A program made the position numbers and the translations under genes. This document shows, piece after piece, positions 49,497-58,519 of a stretch of DNA of 64,000 nt. Numbering within the stretch: position 1 is the stretch's first letter; the number at the start of each line of letters is the position of its first letter. The stretch lies in the sequence record LR597660; one strand, given 5' to 3'. The notes beneath the pieces are model-generated. The model was given only the letters and a program-made list of their open reading frames with translations. It made no database searches and was not told where the DNA came from. Origin of the DNA: Escherichia phage T4_ev151.

Positions 49497-50216
49497 TTAG
49501 GATTCTTCTAAATGTCTTTTCTGAAAAGTTGATACCATACTACGATACGGTTCATTTGGATACCCGTGTTTTATAGCTTCCTTTGTAAATTTTCTCCATC
49601 CATATTTAGTTTCTTTCCAAAGCTCGAATAATTCATCTTCATATTGCCATATAGTTAAATGAGAACGCTTTGCAGCTTTAATTCCATTAATATGCTTTTC
49701 TTTTACTACAGGATTGCTTAGTTTCTTTTTAATAATATTACTAACTTTTCTAACAAAAACTGGGTCCTTATATCGTTGCGAAGTTTTTATTGAAGTGTTT
49801 AATTTAGCTTCCGGCGTGGATGTGACCTCTTTCATCTTTTTCTTCATATGCTGTATATGATTAGGATTTTTCCATAAATTTATAGAATGCTTTTTGCATT
49901 TTATCCTAGTTTCATCTGCAACCTTTCCTCCTTCACCCCCGTATGACAGGTTAACACAGTTTTTTCCATATTTCAATTTACCTGCCATGATATATAATAT
50001 TTCAGCTTGTACCATTTTATCATAATTATCAAAAACTTCTAAAACCGTTTTTGATAATATGTGGTCATTTGACACTTTTACACGTTCTATATAATTTCCA
50101 CTACCAACATACGAATCATTGATGTTATTAGTTATATGTCGACCATAATAATATTTCTTAATACCTGTCTTTAAATTTAATATTTCAGTTTTATAGATAG
50201 TAAAATATTTTTTCAT
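49497..50216 (-). CDS. possible free-standing GIY-YIG-like homing endonuclease
   Basis: 239 aa; N-terminal TIY...YYYGRH...YVGSG; basic C-terminal repeats resembling DNA-binding modules. Confidence 0.4.
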   Translation of the reverse strand: MKKYFTIYKTEILNLKTGIKKYYYGRHITNNINDSYVGSGNYIERVKVSNDHILSKTVLEVFDNYDKMVQAEILYIMAGKLKYGKNCVNLSYGGEGGKVADETRIKCKKHSINLWKNPNHIQHMKKKMKEVTSTPEAKLNTSIKTSQRYKDPVFVRKVSNIIKKKLSNPVVKEKHINGIKAAKRSHLTIWQYEDELFELWKETKYGWRKFTKEAIKHGYPNEPYRSMVSTFQKRHLEES

Positions 50217-51193
50217 TTTAATAATACCGTTTCAGCGATTTCTTCCCAACCGTTTTTGTCGGTCATAATAAAGTCAGCAAGATAAAGAGCAGTACGCAGT
50301 GAAACATTACGTAAACGATTAACATTGACTTTCATCCATGATAATGCTTTATAAGTTTCTTCATCAGAAAGACCGCGCTTTTGCATCATGTCAGTTGAAA
50401 GAATAACATCTTCAACCCTGACCATAATTTCTTCATTAGTGTGAACACCCAAATCCAAATAAACTGAGCGGGACACTAATGCTTGTAAATGTGGAGCAAG
50501 TTTAGTACCACGGTCTAATTCGCGGTCAATGTCAACGTTTGTGATAAAAACAATCGTTCCTTTAAATTCAAACTCACGCTCAATGCCTTTTTCTTCTAAG
50601 TAAGAAGATGCGGTGCTCCAGCAGACTTTACGGGTCTCTCCAGTGTCCAGAGCAGCTTTCAGAAGATTAAGAATGTCCATATCAGAGAAAACATCCACAT
50701 CATCAATCAAAAGGACAGAATTCTCTTCACGATTATTCCAAAGCTGCTCATAAAGACCAATACCAGAGATTTTACCATTAATGCTTTTATACTCAATGTA
50801 TCCAATATCATTTGCTTTATTTAAAGCTTTATCTAAAGAATACGTTTTACCAATACCCGCCGCACCAGAGATAATTAATGAACGAATATTTCCGTTAATA
50901 ATACCGTTCGTCATCATTCCCATAACATTAAATCTTTTATTAATGCGGGTTTTCATATCTTCATATGATTCTTTAACTTCTTCAACTTTTACACCATCAT
51001 ATGAAATGTCTGATTTGTAAACCCAAACACCGCGACGCTTACCGTCAATTTCAACAAAAACTTTACCATCTCCTTGTGCATCTATCGGAGCATTATCTGG
51101 GAACCATTCGCCCAAGAGTTCAAAAGTTCCAGAGATTTCTTTACCGAAGTAGATACCCTTATTGATAGTTACAGTTTTCATTTTATTCTCCAA
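50213..51193 (-). CDS. AAA+/P-loop ATPase with ~100-aa N-terminal domain
   Basis: 326 aa; Walker A GAAGIGKT, Walker B VLLIDDVD. Confidence 0.6.
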   Translation of the reverse strand: MENKMKTVTINKGIYFGKEISGTFELLGEWFPDNAPIDAQGDGKVFVEIDGKRRGVWVYKSDISYDGVKVEEVKESYEDMKTRINKRFNVMGMMTNGIINGNIRSLIISGAAGIGKTYSLDKALNKANDIGYIEYKSINGKISGIGLYEQLWNNREENSVLLIDDVDVFSDMDILNLLKAALDTGETRKVCWSTASSYLEEKGIEREFEFKGTIVFITNVDIDRELDRGTKLAPHLQALVSRSVYLDLGVHTNEEIMVRVEDVILSTDMMQKRGLSDEETYKALSWMKVNVNRLRNVSLRTALYLADFIMTDKNGWEEIAETVLLK

Positions 51194-51215
51194 ATCCGTA
51201 TCAGTTGATAGTTGT

Positions 51216-51245
51216 ATAGTACCATAAAGCTTTATGCTTGTAAAC
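51216..51245 (-). promoter_or_regulatory. early promoter with stem-loop leader (PeSL-like)
   Basis: gtaaac 51240-51245, -10 TACTAT, leader gtatcagttgatagttgtatag. Confidence 0.55.
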
Positions 51246-51274
51246 AGTTTTGTGAAAAATTTTTGAAATAAAAA

Positions 51275-51297
51275 AGGAAGCCCGAAGGCTCCCTATC
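51275..51297 (-). terminator. rho-independent terminator (strand-specific)
   Basis: minus-strand RNA AGGGAGCCUUCGGGCUUCCU with G-U pair, followed by U6. Confidence 0.6.
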
Positions 51298-52309
51298 ATT
51301 TATAATAACTTCGGTGGTTTTCAAGATAGACCTTCTCAAGGAAGTCATCCCAGAAACTCATGTCTACTTTTTGCTGCATACCGTTCTTAGAAGCTTCAGT
51401 AGATGCTGCTTCTACTTGATCGACCACATCTTCCAAAAACTCTTGAACCGTTTTAAATGGATGTTTACCCAACTTCACGTCGAGAATAAATGGAGCATCT
51501 TGGAGTGGATAAACCAAGTCACCAGTTTTGTAAATTTCCAATAGTTGGAGTCCACCACGACAAGCATGACTCTGTGCTTTCCAGTCAATGCCCTCATTCG
51601 CTTCAGCCTTACGAGCGCGTTCACCGTATTCAGCATCTAATTTGTTCAGTGACTGCTTAAGCTCAATAAGAGAAAGCGTTGTCTGATATTTACGACCCAA
51701 CACTGTGTAAAACGTTTGTGGGCCTGTTTTCTCATGATTATGGAACACCCATTCACAGAATTCGTTTTCTGGAAGACGATGCTTAATATCTTCAACTTTA
51801 GTGCGACGCTGCTTAATAGAACCATCTTCTTGGTAATCAACCCATTGCTCGGGGATTTGATTAACTACTTTCAATACATCACGTAATGCAGCCAAACGAG
51901 AACCCTTGACACCGTATTTAGAAGCTTGCTTGCGGACATATCCTAAATAGGATTTCATGTTAGTCGTATAAAAACGAGAACGATTGTCTTGAATAAACTT
52001 CCACACATCAGGCAAATCAGATTTAACCACTAACTCAGGTGGAGTATGAAGCATATCTAATGCTACGGTTTCACCATCTGCTGCTAATTTAAAGAAATAC
52101 TTAAGACTGTATAGTTCATGGTCAATATCATCTTTAGTGTTTTTAGATGATGTGTTGTTGGTGTTTTTACTCATGTGCTCTTTGACGTTTCCGATAAGAA
52201 TATCGCGAGCAGGAGGAACAAAGATTTCTTTAAAATCTACATCAGATTCTGGGGTAGAAGTTCCATAAAGATGACTACCAAAATAGCTTTTCATTACTGT
52301 TTTCATCAT
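51296..52309 (-). CDS. Pol-beta-superfamily nucleotidyltransferase-domain protein
   Basis: 337 aa; N-terminal FGSHLYGTSTPESDVDF fits the GS-x(9-13)-DxD signature; ~230-aa helical C-terminal extension. Confidence 0.55.
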   Translation of the reverse strand: MMKTVMKSYFGSHLYGTSTPESDVDFKEIFVPPARDILIGNVKEHMSKNTNNTSSKNTKDDIDHELYSLKYFFKLAADGETVALDMLHTPPELVVKSDLPDVWKFIQDNRSRFYTTNMKSYLGYVRKQASKYGVKGSRLAALRDVLKVVNQIPEQWVDYQEDGSIKQRRTKVEDIKHRLPENEFCEWVFHNHEKTGPQTFYTVLGRKYQTTLSLIELKQSLNKLDAEYGERARKAEANEGIDWKAQSHACRGGLQLLEIYKTGDLVYPLQDAPFILDVKLGKHPFKTVQEFLEDVVDQVEAASTEASKNGMQQKVDMSFWDDFLEKVYLENHRSYYK

Positions 52310-52767
52310 TCAACCTTATATTCAATAACAGGACATACTTTAGCTTTACGAGCTTTTAAAAATTCAACAATAATCGATTTCTTGGGTTGAATAGGAGGTA
52401 AACCTTTATACGCCCTATCAATATTTTCTACGTGTAAAGCATAATCCTTTTTCCATTTATAATCTTTATATTTTTCACGCAAATGTGCAGGAATAACAAA
52501 TGAACCGATAATAAGTAAAACAACCAAAAGCGCAAGTATAAATGCCGATGGAAGAAGAGTCCATAAACTACCGAAAATAAGCCAACGTTGTAGGCTTTCT
52601 GCACAAATAATTGTTAGCCCTACGAGTATAGCACACCCAAAAATAGAAACGAAAAATGTAGGAATGGCAATAGACCAAAAATATGCGCATAGTGTCTTAG
52701 GTCGTTGCCATTCATCGTTAAACAATTTGAATAATTTATAGTGCCAAGAGTTTTCATTAATAATCAT
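52306..52767 (-). CDS. membrane protein
   Basis: 153 aa; 2-3 TM helices; ATGA overlap with nucleotidyltransferase gene. Confidence 0.5.
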   Translation of the reverse strand: MIINENSWHYKLFKLFNDEWQRPKTLCAYFWSIAIPTFFVSIFGCAILVGLTIICAESLQRWLIFGSLWTLLPSAFILALLVVLLIIGSFVIPAHLREKYKDYKWKKDYALHVENIDRAYKGLPPIQPKKSIIVEFLKARKAKVCPVIEYKVE

Positions 52768-52769
52768 AA

Positions 52770-53291
52770 CTATCCTTTCATTGAAGGCGTAACAGTTGTT
52801 AAATACTTAATCATAGCTTCAGCTTCTGATTTTGATAGTGAAATTTCTCCATTGTTTTGACGAATAGAAATAAAATCCGGATGACGGTCACCACCAGCTT
52901 TTAAAACACACATATAAGTATCAGTTTCATCTTCAATATCTGAAATGATTGAAGCAGTTCCACATGAATGTGGTTTTTGATAAATCAATACAGCTTTTCT
53001 TCCACCGTTTGACTGTTCATAAACTTTTAACACATCAAACAAATCACTTCTTTTATCAATAGCTAAAATGTTATTTTCATCTTCAATGTTAAATCCTTCG
53101 GATACTTCATAAAGTGTCACCCATAAATCGCCAATATCAATAACAGCGTTCACTTTTCCATGACTTTCAAGAGAATGACAAATTTTCTTGATTTCGTCAT
53201 AACTCATTTTAATAATATCATCTCCTTGAATAAGAAAGATGTCATTTTTAAATTCAACACGAATTAAACCACTTCCACTTGAAATAAACAT
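52770..53291 (-). CDS. hypothetical protein, paralog of 53298-53855
   Basis: 173 aa; C-terminal LSKSEAEAMIKYLTTVTPSM. Confidence 0.45.
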   Translation of the reverse strand: MFISSGSGLIRVEFKNDIFLIQGDDIIKMSYDEIKKICHSLESHGKVNAVIDIGDLWVTLYEVSEGFNIEDENNILAIDKRSDLFDVLKVYEQSNGGRKAVLIYQKPHSCGTASIISDIEDETDTYMCVLKAGGDRHPDFISIRQNNGEISLSKSEAEAMIKYLTTVTPSMKG

Positions 53292-53297
53292 ATTTCC

Positions 53298-53855
53298 TCA
53301 CTTTGAAATCATAGTTGGAATGACAGAATCAAGATAAGTCTTTAGCGCAATAGCTTCGTCTTTGGTAAATGTGACAATATGTGATCGAAAATCGTCGATT
53401 TGGCGAATAGTTAAGACATCTCCCTCTTCATAACATTTTGATACATTTAAAAGAGTTTCATCATTCTGATTGCAAGAGTTAGTAATAATAGCATTGCAAT
53501 TTTTGAGCCATTTTAAACTATGTTTTCTTTCATTAGAATAATAAAAATATTTAATCTTAGCTATAAAACTATCCCAATGGATAACTGATAAACACATTGA
53601 CTCACTTTGAATATTAAATCCTGGGCATGAAGAATAAAAATGAATTTTGTGCTCATCATTGATGCTTACTATTTTATCAGTATAAGGATATTCAATTTGG
53701 GTTAAATGAATGATTTCACTAGGCGTAAAATATAGCATATCGTCTTCTTGCGTCAAACGATACATGTTATTTACTTTTTCTATAGCCAATTCACCAAAAA
53801 GCGGACTAACTTCTAATACTAATCGTTTCATATTGATTCTCTTCGACTCACTCAC
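53298..53855 (-). CDS. hypothetical protein, paralog of 52770-53291
   Basis: 185 aa; C-terminal FTKDEAIALKTYLDSVIPTM. Confidence 0.45.
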   Translation of the reverse strand: MSESKRINMKRLVLEVSPLFGELAIEKVNNMYRLTQEDDMLYFTPSEIIHLTQIEYPYTDKIVSINDEHKIHFYSSCPGFNIQSESMCLSVIHWDSFIAKIKYFYYSNERKHSLKWLKNCNAIITNSCNQNDETLLNVSKCYEEGDVLTIRQIDDFRSHIVTFTKDEAIALKTYLDSVIPTMISK

Positions 53856-53990
53856 AATTACATACTCCTTTGAATAATATCAATAATGTTGTTCACCAGA
53901 TTATAAGTAAACATTGGGTAATTATATTGAATCATTACATACACAACAAACAAAACTTTCATTCTCTTCTCCTTGACAGTTGACAAGATT

Positions 53991-54020
53991 ACTATACCAT
54001 AACCTTGCCAACTTGTAAAC
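53991..54020 (-). promoter_or_regulatory. early promoter (-35 GTTTAC / -10 TATAGT)
   Basis: gtaaac 54015-54020. Confidence 0.5.
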
Positions 54021-54021
54021 C

Positions 54022-54198
54022 GTTAAATGTTGTTTTCAATAAAATTTTGAAGCTTTGTGTGAGCATCAACCATGATTTTCATTTCTTCTTTGGCGAAAGC
54101 TGTACCTCTTTCCCGAGCAGAATACTCATAGTCAGAAACTGCATTAGCATATTCTTCAATTAGCTTCATTAAAAACATCTGCTTTTCAGTTTTCATTA
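54022..54198 (-). CDS. small hypothetical protein (not in ORF track)
   Basis: my translation MKTEKQMFLMKLIEEYANAVSDYEYSARERGTAFAKEEMKIMVDAHTKLQNFIENNI. Confidence 0.3.
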
Positions 54199-54380
54199 TT
54201 CCACCTAATCATTTCAAGATATTGAACTAACTTAGCTTTAGATTTATCCAAATCCCTTTTAGCTGATTCTATACCATCGTATGAATATCCTTCACAATGC
54301 TCAACTGCTAATTGGTATGAATCTATTTCAATATCATGCGCTAATTTAATGATTTTTTCAAACTGTTCGCGTGTTAGCAT
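54186..54380 (-). CDS. small hypothetical protein
   Basis: 64-aa ORF. Confidence 0.35.
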   Translation of the reverse strand: MLTREQFEKIIKLAHDIEIDSYQLAVEHCEGYSYDGIESAKRDLDKSKAKLVQYLEMIRWNNEN

Positions 54381-54382
54381 AA

Positions 54383-54622
54383 TTAAACTCTCGTATTATG
54401 ATCGATAATTTCATCAAGAAACATATCTAACGCTTCTAAAGCATTATCAACTTTAGTTTCAAGTTCATCAATGCCTTTATTTGCAATGCCTGATGAAAAC
54501 CAAGCAAAGTCACTAAGTTCCTCGTCTGCTTTACGAATTAAAGCTACCAATTCCTTAATTTTATCAGCTTGTTCGATACTAATCATTATTCCACCACATA
54601 TGAAAGAGAGAATATTGCACAC
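54383..54622 (-). CDS. small hypothetical protein
   Basis: 79-aa ORF. Confidence 0.35.
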   Translation of the reverse strand: MCNILSFICGGIMISIEQADKIKELVALIRKADEELSDFAWFSSGIANKGIDELETKVDNALEALDMFLDEIIDHNTRV

Positions 54623-54774
54623 GCCATGTGAGTTGCAGCTTCATCACACATATTATAACGTTTCTTAAGAAATTCTACAAGTTCTTCACTAGTAACTTCA
54701 TCCATGTCGACGAAAAAATCACCATTAATGATGACGTAGATATTTCCTTCTTGATTGAGTGCTTCAATTTTCAT
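54586..54774 (-). CDS. small hypothetical protein (start [10 protein letters not shown] with GAGGAG RBS)
   Basis: track ORF start overlaps promoter. Confidence 0.35.
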   Translation of the reverse strand: MKIEALNQEGNIYVIINGDFFVDMDEVTSEELVEFLKKRYNMCDEAATHMACAIFSLSYVVE

Positions 54775-54802
54775 GATGTTCTCCTCTTTATCCGATAGTT
54801 GT

Positions 54803-54832
54803 ATAGTACCACAGCTCAAACGTAAAGTAAAC
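54803..54832 (-). promoter_or_regulatory. early promoter with leader repeat (PeSL-like)
   Basis: gtaaac 54827-54832, -10 TACTAT. Confidence 0.5.
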
Positions 54833-54847
54833 CGGTAAAATGAAAAA

Positions 54848-54865
54848 AGTCTCCCGAAGGAGACT
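54848..54865 (-). terminator. rho-independent terminator
   Basis: agtctcccgaaggagact followed by T6 on minus strand. Confidence 0.65.
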
Positions 54866-54869
54866 AACG

Positions 54870-55256
54870 TTATTCGAGGGAAAGAAGATATTTACTCTGG
54901 TAAAACATCCCAGTAATATCATCTATCGTGCTTTGAATGGCTGGAGGCATTTCTTTATAAATGCTGTTAGATTGGTCTAGTATGCGATCAATCATTTTAA
55001 TTGTGTCGGTAGGAAGTTTACTGGCATCTGGAATAGAAGGCGTGTATTTTCTACCAGAATACCCCAAATATTGCTCACCAAATTTATCAATCAAATCTGG
55101 CAACTCAGAGAAAATAAAATCGTATGCTTTGTGTCTAGCATAACTTTTAGTTTCAAAATGCGCAGAATGAAAATAAGCTTGTGCAGCCATTAATAAACCT
55201 AAGTATTCATCTGCCTTTGAAGGTTTTCCACTTTGTGAAAAGTCGCTGAATTTCAT
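54870..55256 (-). CDS. hypothetical protein (rI.-1 position)
   Basis: 128-aa ORF. Confidence 0.45.
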   Translation of the reverse strand: MKFSDFSQSGKPSKADEYLGLLMAAQAYFHSAHFETKSYARHKAYDFIFSELPDLIDKFGEQYLGYSGRKYTPSIPDASKLPTDTIKMIDRILDQSNSIYKEMPPAIQSTIDDITGMFYQSKYLLSLE

Positions 55257-55546
55257 TCAGTCTCCAATTTAATGTTCATAATTCTAGCGTATGATTGTGC
55301 CATCTCCGCGCCTCGTTCTATACATTCAAAATCAGAAGAGCACGGGTCATTTTTATAGGTCGTTCTCATAAAACTATAGAACTGTTCAGACGATTCTACG
55401 CTTTTATTTTCAAAAAGCATATAAACGTGCCTAATACCAGATTCCATAAATTTATCAAAATGAGGATCGACATTCGCTTCAATCGATGGAGATAAAACAA
55501 ACGACAATCCTAGCATGGCAAATAGTGCCGTTGCTTTTAAGGCCAT
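55253..55546 (-). CDS. rI: lysis inhibition regulator RI (signal-anchor periplasmic protein)
   Basis: 97 aa; N-terminal hydrophobic MALKATALFAMLGLSFVLSPSIEA; adjacent to tk as in T4. Confidence 0.65.
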   Translation of the reverse strand: MALKATALFAMLGLSFVLSPSIEANVDPHFDKFMESGIRHVYMLFENKSVESSEQFYSFMRTTYKNDPCSSDFECIERGAEMAQSYARIMNIKLETE

Positions 55547-55558
55547 AAAGGCCTCCTA

Positions 55559-55771
55559 TCATTTTTGTCCTGTATTTACTTTATGCCGATGCACGGCCTT
55601 AACTTTATCAAGGTATTTTTCAAAATTTCGCAATCTAGTATAGTCTGCCGGAGATTGGTTGAGTGATACTTCTCGACGCAAAGCTGAAATGATATTTCCA
55701 ACTTCCCTACGAATTTCATCTAATTGAAGCACAGTAAGATTGCGAAGTTGCTTTTCAGTTAATTGTAGCAT
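55559..55771 (-). CDS. small hypothetical protein
   Basis: 70-aa ORF. Confidence 0.4.
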
Positions 55772-55813
55772 ATATACCCCTTTAGTTAGATAAACCTATT
55801 TATAACTTTTGCA

Positions 55814-56395
55814 CTAACCGAGCTTTTTAGTTAATTCGTTCCAATGTTTTCTACACAAAGAAACATAAATTTCATCACCAATACAGATTTGATTACCTTC
55901 TTTAACTGGTGTTCCATCTTCCATTAATCGAGCTGTCATAATAGCTTTTTTACCACAATGACAAACTGCCTTTAGTTCAATAAGTTTATCTGCAATCGCC
56001 AAAAGTTCTTTAGAACCTTCAAATAATTTTCCAGCGAAATCAGTCCTTAGCCCATAAGCCATAACAGGAACATTATATGTATCAACAATTCGACTTAATT
56101 GATGCACCTGTTCAGTTTTTAAAAACTGAGCTTCATCTACAAATACACAATGAATATCTTTTTGTGCTTCAGCCCATTTATAGAACTCAAAAATATCCAT
56201 ATCATCCGTAATAATATTCGCTTCCTGCTTAATTCCAATGCGAGAAACGACTTCACAGACAGAATCGCGAGTATCAATAGCAGGCTTAAGAACTAATACA
56301 CCCATTCCGCGTTCTTTATAATTATGTGCAGCAGTCAAAAGAGAAGCAGATTTTCCAGCATTCATTGCTGCGTAAGTAAAAATTAAACTCGCCAT
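55814..56395 (-). CDS. tk: thymidine kinase
   Basis: 193 aa; P-loop AAMNAGKS; Zn-binding CHCGKK...C..C. Confidence 0.85.
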   Translation of the reverse strand: MASLIFTYAAMNAGKSASLLTAAHNYKERGMGVLVLKPAIDTRDSVCEVVSRIGIKQEANIITDDMDIFEFYKWAEAQKDIHCVFVDEAQFLKTEQVHQLSRIVDTYNVPVMAYGLRTDFAGKLFEGSKELLAIADKLIELKAVCHCGKKAIMTARLMEDGTPVKEGNQICIGDEIYVSLCRKHWNELTKKLG

Positions 56396-56404
56396 ATCAC
56401 CTTC

Positions 56405-56590
56405 TTAAAGCATATTCACATAAGCTATTAATTCGTTTTCTTTCTTATCAAACCGATCAGCAAATTCTTCTTGCTGTTCTGGAGATAGCGGGCCGTATTC
56501 ATCATAAAAGGTGTTTGCTTCTGTATGCTCATCTAGAAGTTCATGGATAAGCTCAAACAATTTATCTTTTTGTTCTTTACTCAGACTCAT
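56405..56590 (-). CDS. small acidic protein
   Basis: 61-aa ORF. Confidence 0.4.
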   Translation of the reverse strand: MSLSKEQKDKLFELIHELLDEHTEANTFYDEYGPLSPEQQEEFADRFDKKENELIAYVNML

Positions 56591-56760
56591 ATATTAATTT
56601 CCAGGAGTTTTAAAATAATTCGCTTTTGCTTAAATATTTCCATAGTTAAATGACCAGTATCTTTTTGACCGATTCCAATGGCAAAACCTTTATTGACAGC
56701 GAGTTCAATTAAATTATCAAGCTCACGTAACACTTCATACTGTAACTCAAAACTATTCAT
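56587..56760 (-). CDS. small hypothetical protein (not in ORF track)
   Basis: my translation MNSFELQYEVLRELDNLIELAVNKGFAIGIGQKDTGHLTMEIFKQKRIILKLLEINI. Confidence 0.3.
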   Translation of the reverse strand: MNSFELQYEVLRELDNLIELAVNKGFAIGIGQKDTGHLTMEIFKQKRIILKLLEINI

Positions 56761-56969
56761 TTCGGTTTACCTTCTTTAACGAAATCTGGATAAGGATAAA
56801 ATCCCGAATAAAATCCTTCACCTTTATGATTGATGCATCCTTTATTAGAACAATAGCACCAATAATCGAAATCACAAGCCATTTCATCGTTGCATAAAGC
56901 AAAAACAACTGGCCATTTACACTTTTCACAATGGGCATTTTTAAGAATACTAGTTTGGCTCATAACCAT
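56757..56969 (-). CDS. Cys-rich small protein (putative zinc-binding)
   Basis: 70 aa with 8 Cys. Confidence 0.45.
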   Translation of the reverse strand: MVMSQTSILKNAHCEKCKWPVVFALCNDEMACDFDYWCYCSNKGCINHKGEGFYSGFYPYPDFVKEGKPK

Positions 56970-57187
56970 GTAACCTTTAAGCAGTATTCTTCTACATGCT
57001 GTTTACGACCTTTCTTATCAATAAAGGTATATTCAACGAATGTTCCAATGTAGTCTTTATCTACATCATGCGGACTATTAATTGGACATTTAGTACGGCA
57101 AATGCGTTCCCATTGACGAATAATTACTGCCTTATTCTTTGGGTCATATGGATGTGGATAATGTATATTCATAATAACGGTTCCCAA
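56960..57187 (-). CDS. small hypothetical protein
   Basis: 75-aa ORF. Confidence 0.4.
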   Translation of the reverse strand: MGTVIMNIHYPHPYDPKNKAVIIRQWERICRTKCPINSPHDVDKDYIGTFVEYTFIDKKGRKQHVEEYCLKVTWL

Positions 57188-57636
57188 TCAACAATCACAA
57201 TTTCTAATTTAGAGGAATATGTATCTAAAATCCCCTCAATAATATCCCAGTTCCCTTTACCTATGCCTGCACCAATCCTAGGCATATAGATTGTAGGTTT
57301 AATCAGTTTATTTTCACCAAACTCATTTAATTCTAACATACAATTCATTAAAGCGGAATACTCAAAATTTGGCCCTGGTTGAAATTGAGTATAAAGGTTG
57401 AAGCAATACGCTTTATGAGTCCTAAAGTATTTTTCATAGACTGAGTAAGAACCGAGTTTAGTTACATCACCCCATTCAGTCTGTAATTTATCAGCTTCCA
57501 AAATTTTAGGGAAAGCTTTGGTTAATTGACCCGCTACGCCTGAACCCATAGTATGAAAACAATTGCATCCATGCGCAATAATATTACCTTGAAGAAATAG
57601 GGCGACAATATCGCCCTTGATATATTTTACAATCAT
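57169..57636 (-). CDS. macro-domain protein (ADP-ribose binding/hydrolase fold)
   Basis: 155 aa; N-terminal GDIVALFLQGNIIAHGCNCFHTMGSGVAGQL matches the macro-domain signature. Confidence 0.55.
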   Translation of the reverse strand: MIVKYIKGDIVALFLQGNIIAHGCNCFHTMGSGVAGQLTKAFPKILEADKLQTEWGDVTKLGSYSVYEKYFRTHKAYCFNLYTQFQPGPNFEYSALMNCMLELNEFGENKLIKPTIYMPRIGAGIGKGNWDIIEGILDTYSSKLEIVIVDWEPLL

Positions 57637-57974
57637 CTAGTACTCAATCCTCGATTATAAGAATCTACCAAACGGTCAACCATTGAATGACAAGCGGCTT
57701 TATCTTTCTCCTCCGCAACTGAACATTCTAAGGTATTCCACTTTTTAGCATATCGTTTTAACAATGTATCATTTTTGTATCTGCTTGATTTATCTCTTTC
57801 TCCGTCTTTATATGCATATATTAATTTCTGCGCAAATTCAGCTTGGCATGCTTTATTTTTCCCGCAATAATCCGCTGCAGTACGGTTTACATACTCTCTA
57901 ATTTCAGTATATGATGTATCTGCTAACGCAGAAAATGAAATTAATCCTATACATAAAACCAAAATTTTAGTCAT
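57633..57974 (-). CDS. secreted/periplasmic protein
   Basis: 113 aa, signal peptide, 4 Cys. Confidence 0.45.
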   Translation of the reverse strand: MTKILVLCIGLISFSALADTSYTEIREYVNRTAADYCGKNKACQAEFAQKLIYAYKDGERDKSSRYKNDTLLKRYAKKWNTLECSVAEEKDKAACHSMVDRLVDSYNRGLSTR

Positions 57975-58512
57975 TTACTATTTCCAAAAGTTTATTATTT
58001 TTAAGGTAATTAGCCTTTTCTAGGACTTCAGAAGCATATTTAGAACCTGCTTTAACATTCCATCCCGAATTATAAGAGGATATTGCTTTTCTTATATCGC
58101 CCTTATGTATATTTAACCAATAAGAAAGTTCAATGTACGCCCAGGAAGCTGAATTGGATCGTTTATTCAACATTCTTTTTATTTCAGCATCGGTCATATT
58201 ATAACCAAGTTCCTTAACTCTTGCTCGCATAGTAGGCAAATAATTTTGGAACATTCCATAAGCGTGATGCTTTGGTTTAGATTTTAAATTAACTCCGCCA
58301 GAGCTTTCTTGCCATAAAATGGCTGCCATTATATGGCCTAATCCGCTCTTGTGGATGTTTTTGTGTGTTTTATATTTTCCATCCTTAGAAAATTGTTCCC
58401 CGAATTGATACGCGTAACGCATGTTATCGAGTTGGACATTACTGAAAGTATGCTCGGAGCTATGTGCCATCATTGAAATGGCCAATAGACCAGCGAGTAG
58501 TGCTTTTCTCAT
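57967..58512 (-). CDS. periplasmic protein with lytic-transglycosylase-like motif
   Basis: 181 aa; signal peptide; AAILWQESSGG. Confidence 0.4.
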   Translation of the reverse strand: MRKALLAGLLAISMMAHSSEHTFSNVQLDNMRYAYQFGEQFSKDGKYKTHKNIHKSGLGHIMAAILWQESSGGVNLKSKPKHHAYGMFQNYLPTMRARVKELGYNMTDAEIKRMLNKRSNSASWAYIELSYWLNIHKGDIRKAISSYNSGWNVKAGSKYASEVLEKANYLKNNKLLEIVND

Positions 58513-58519
58513 GCTTACC

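Noticed and set aside
49465-49500. Plus-strand hairpin ggcagt...actgcc followed by T5
   Set aside because: Loop is ~20 nt and there are no plus-strand genes to terminate; may be a minus-strand RNA structure but evidence is weak.
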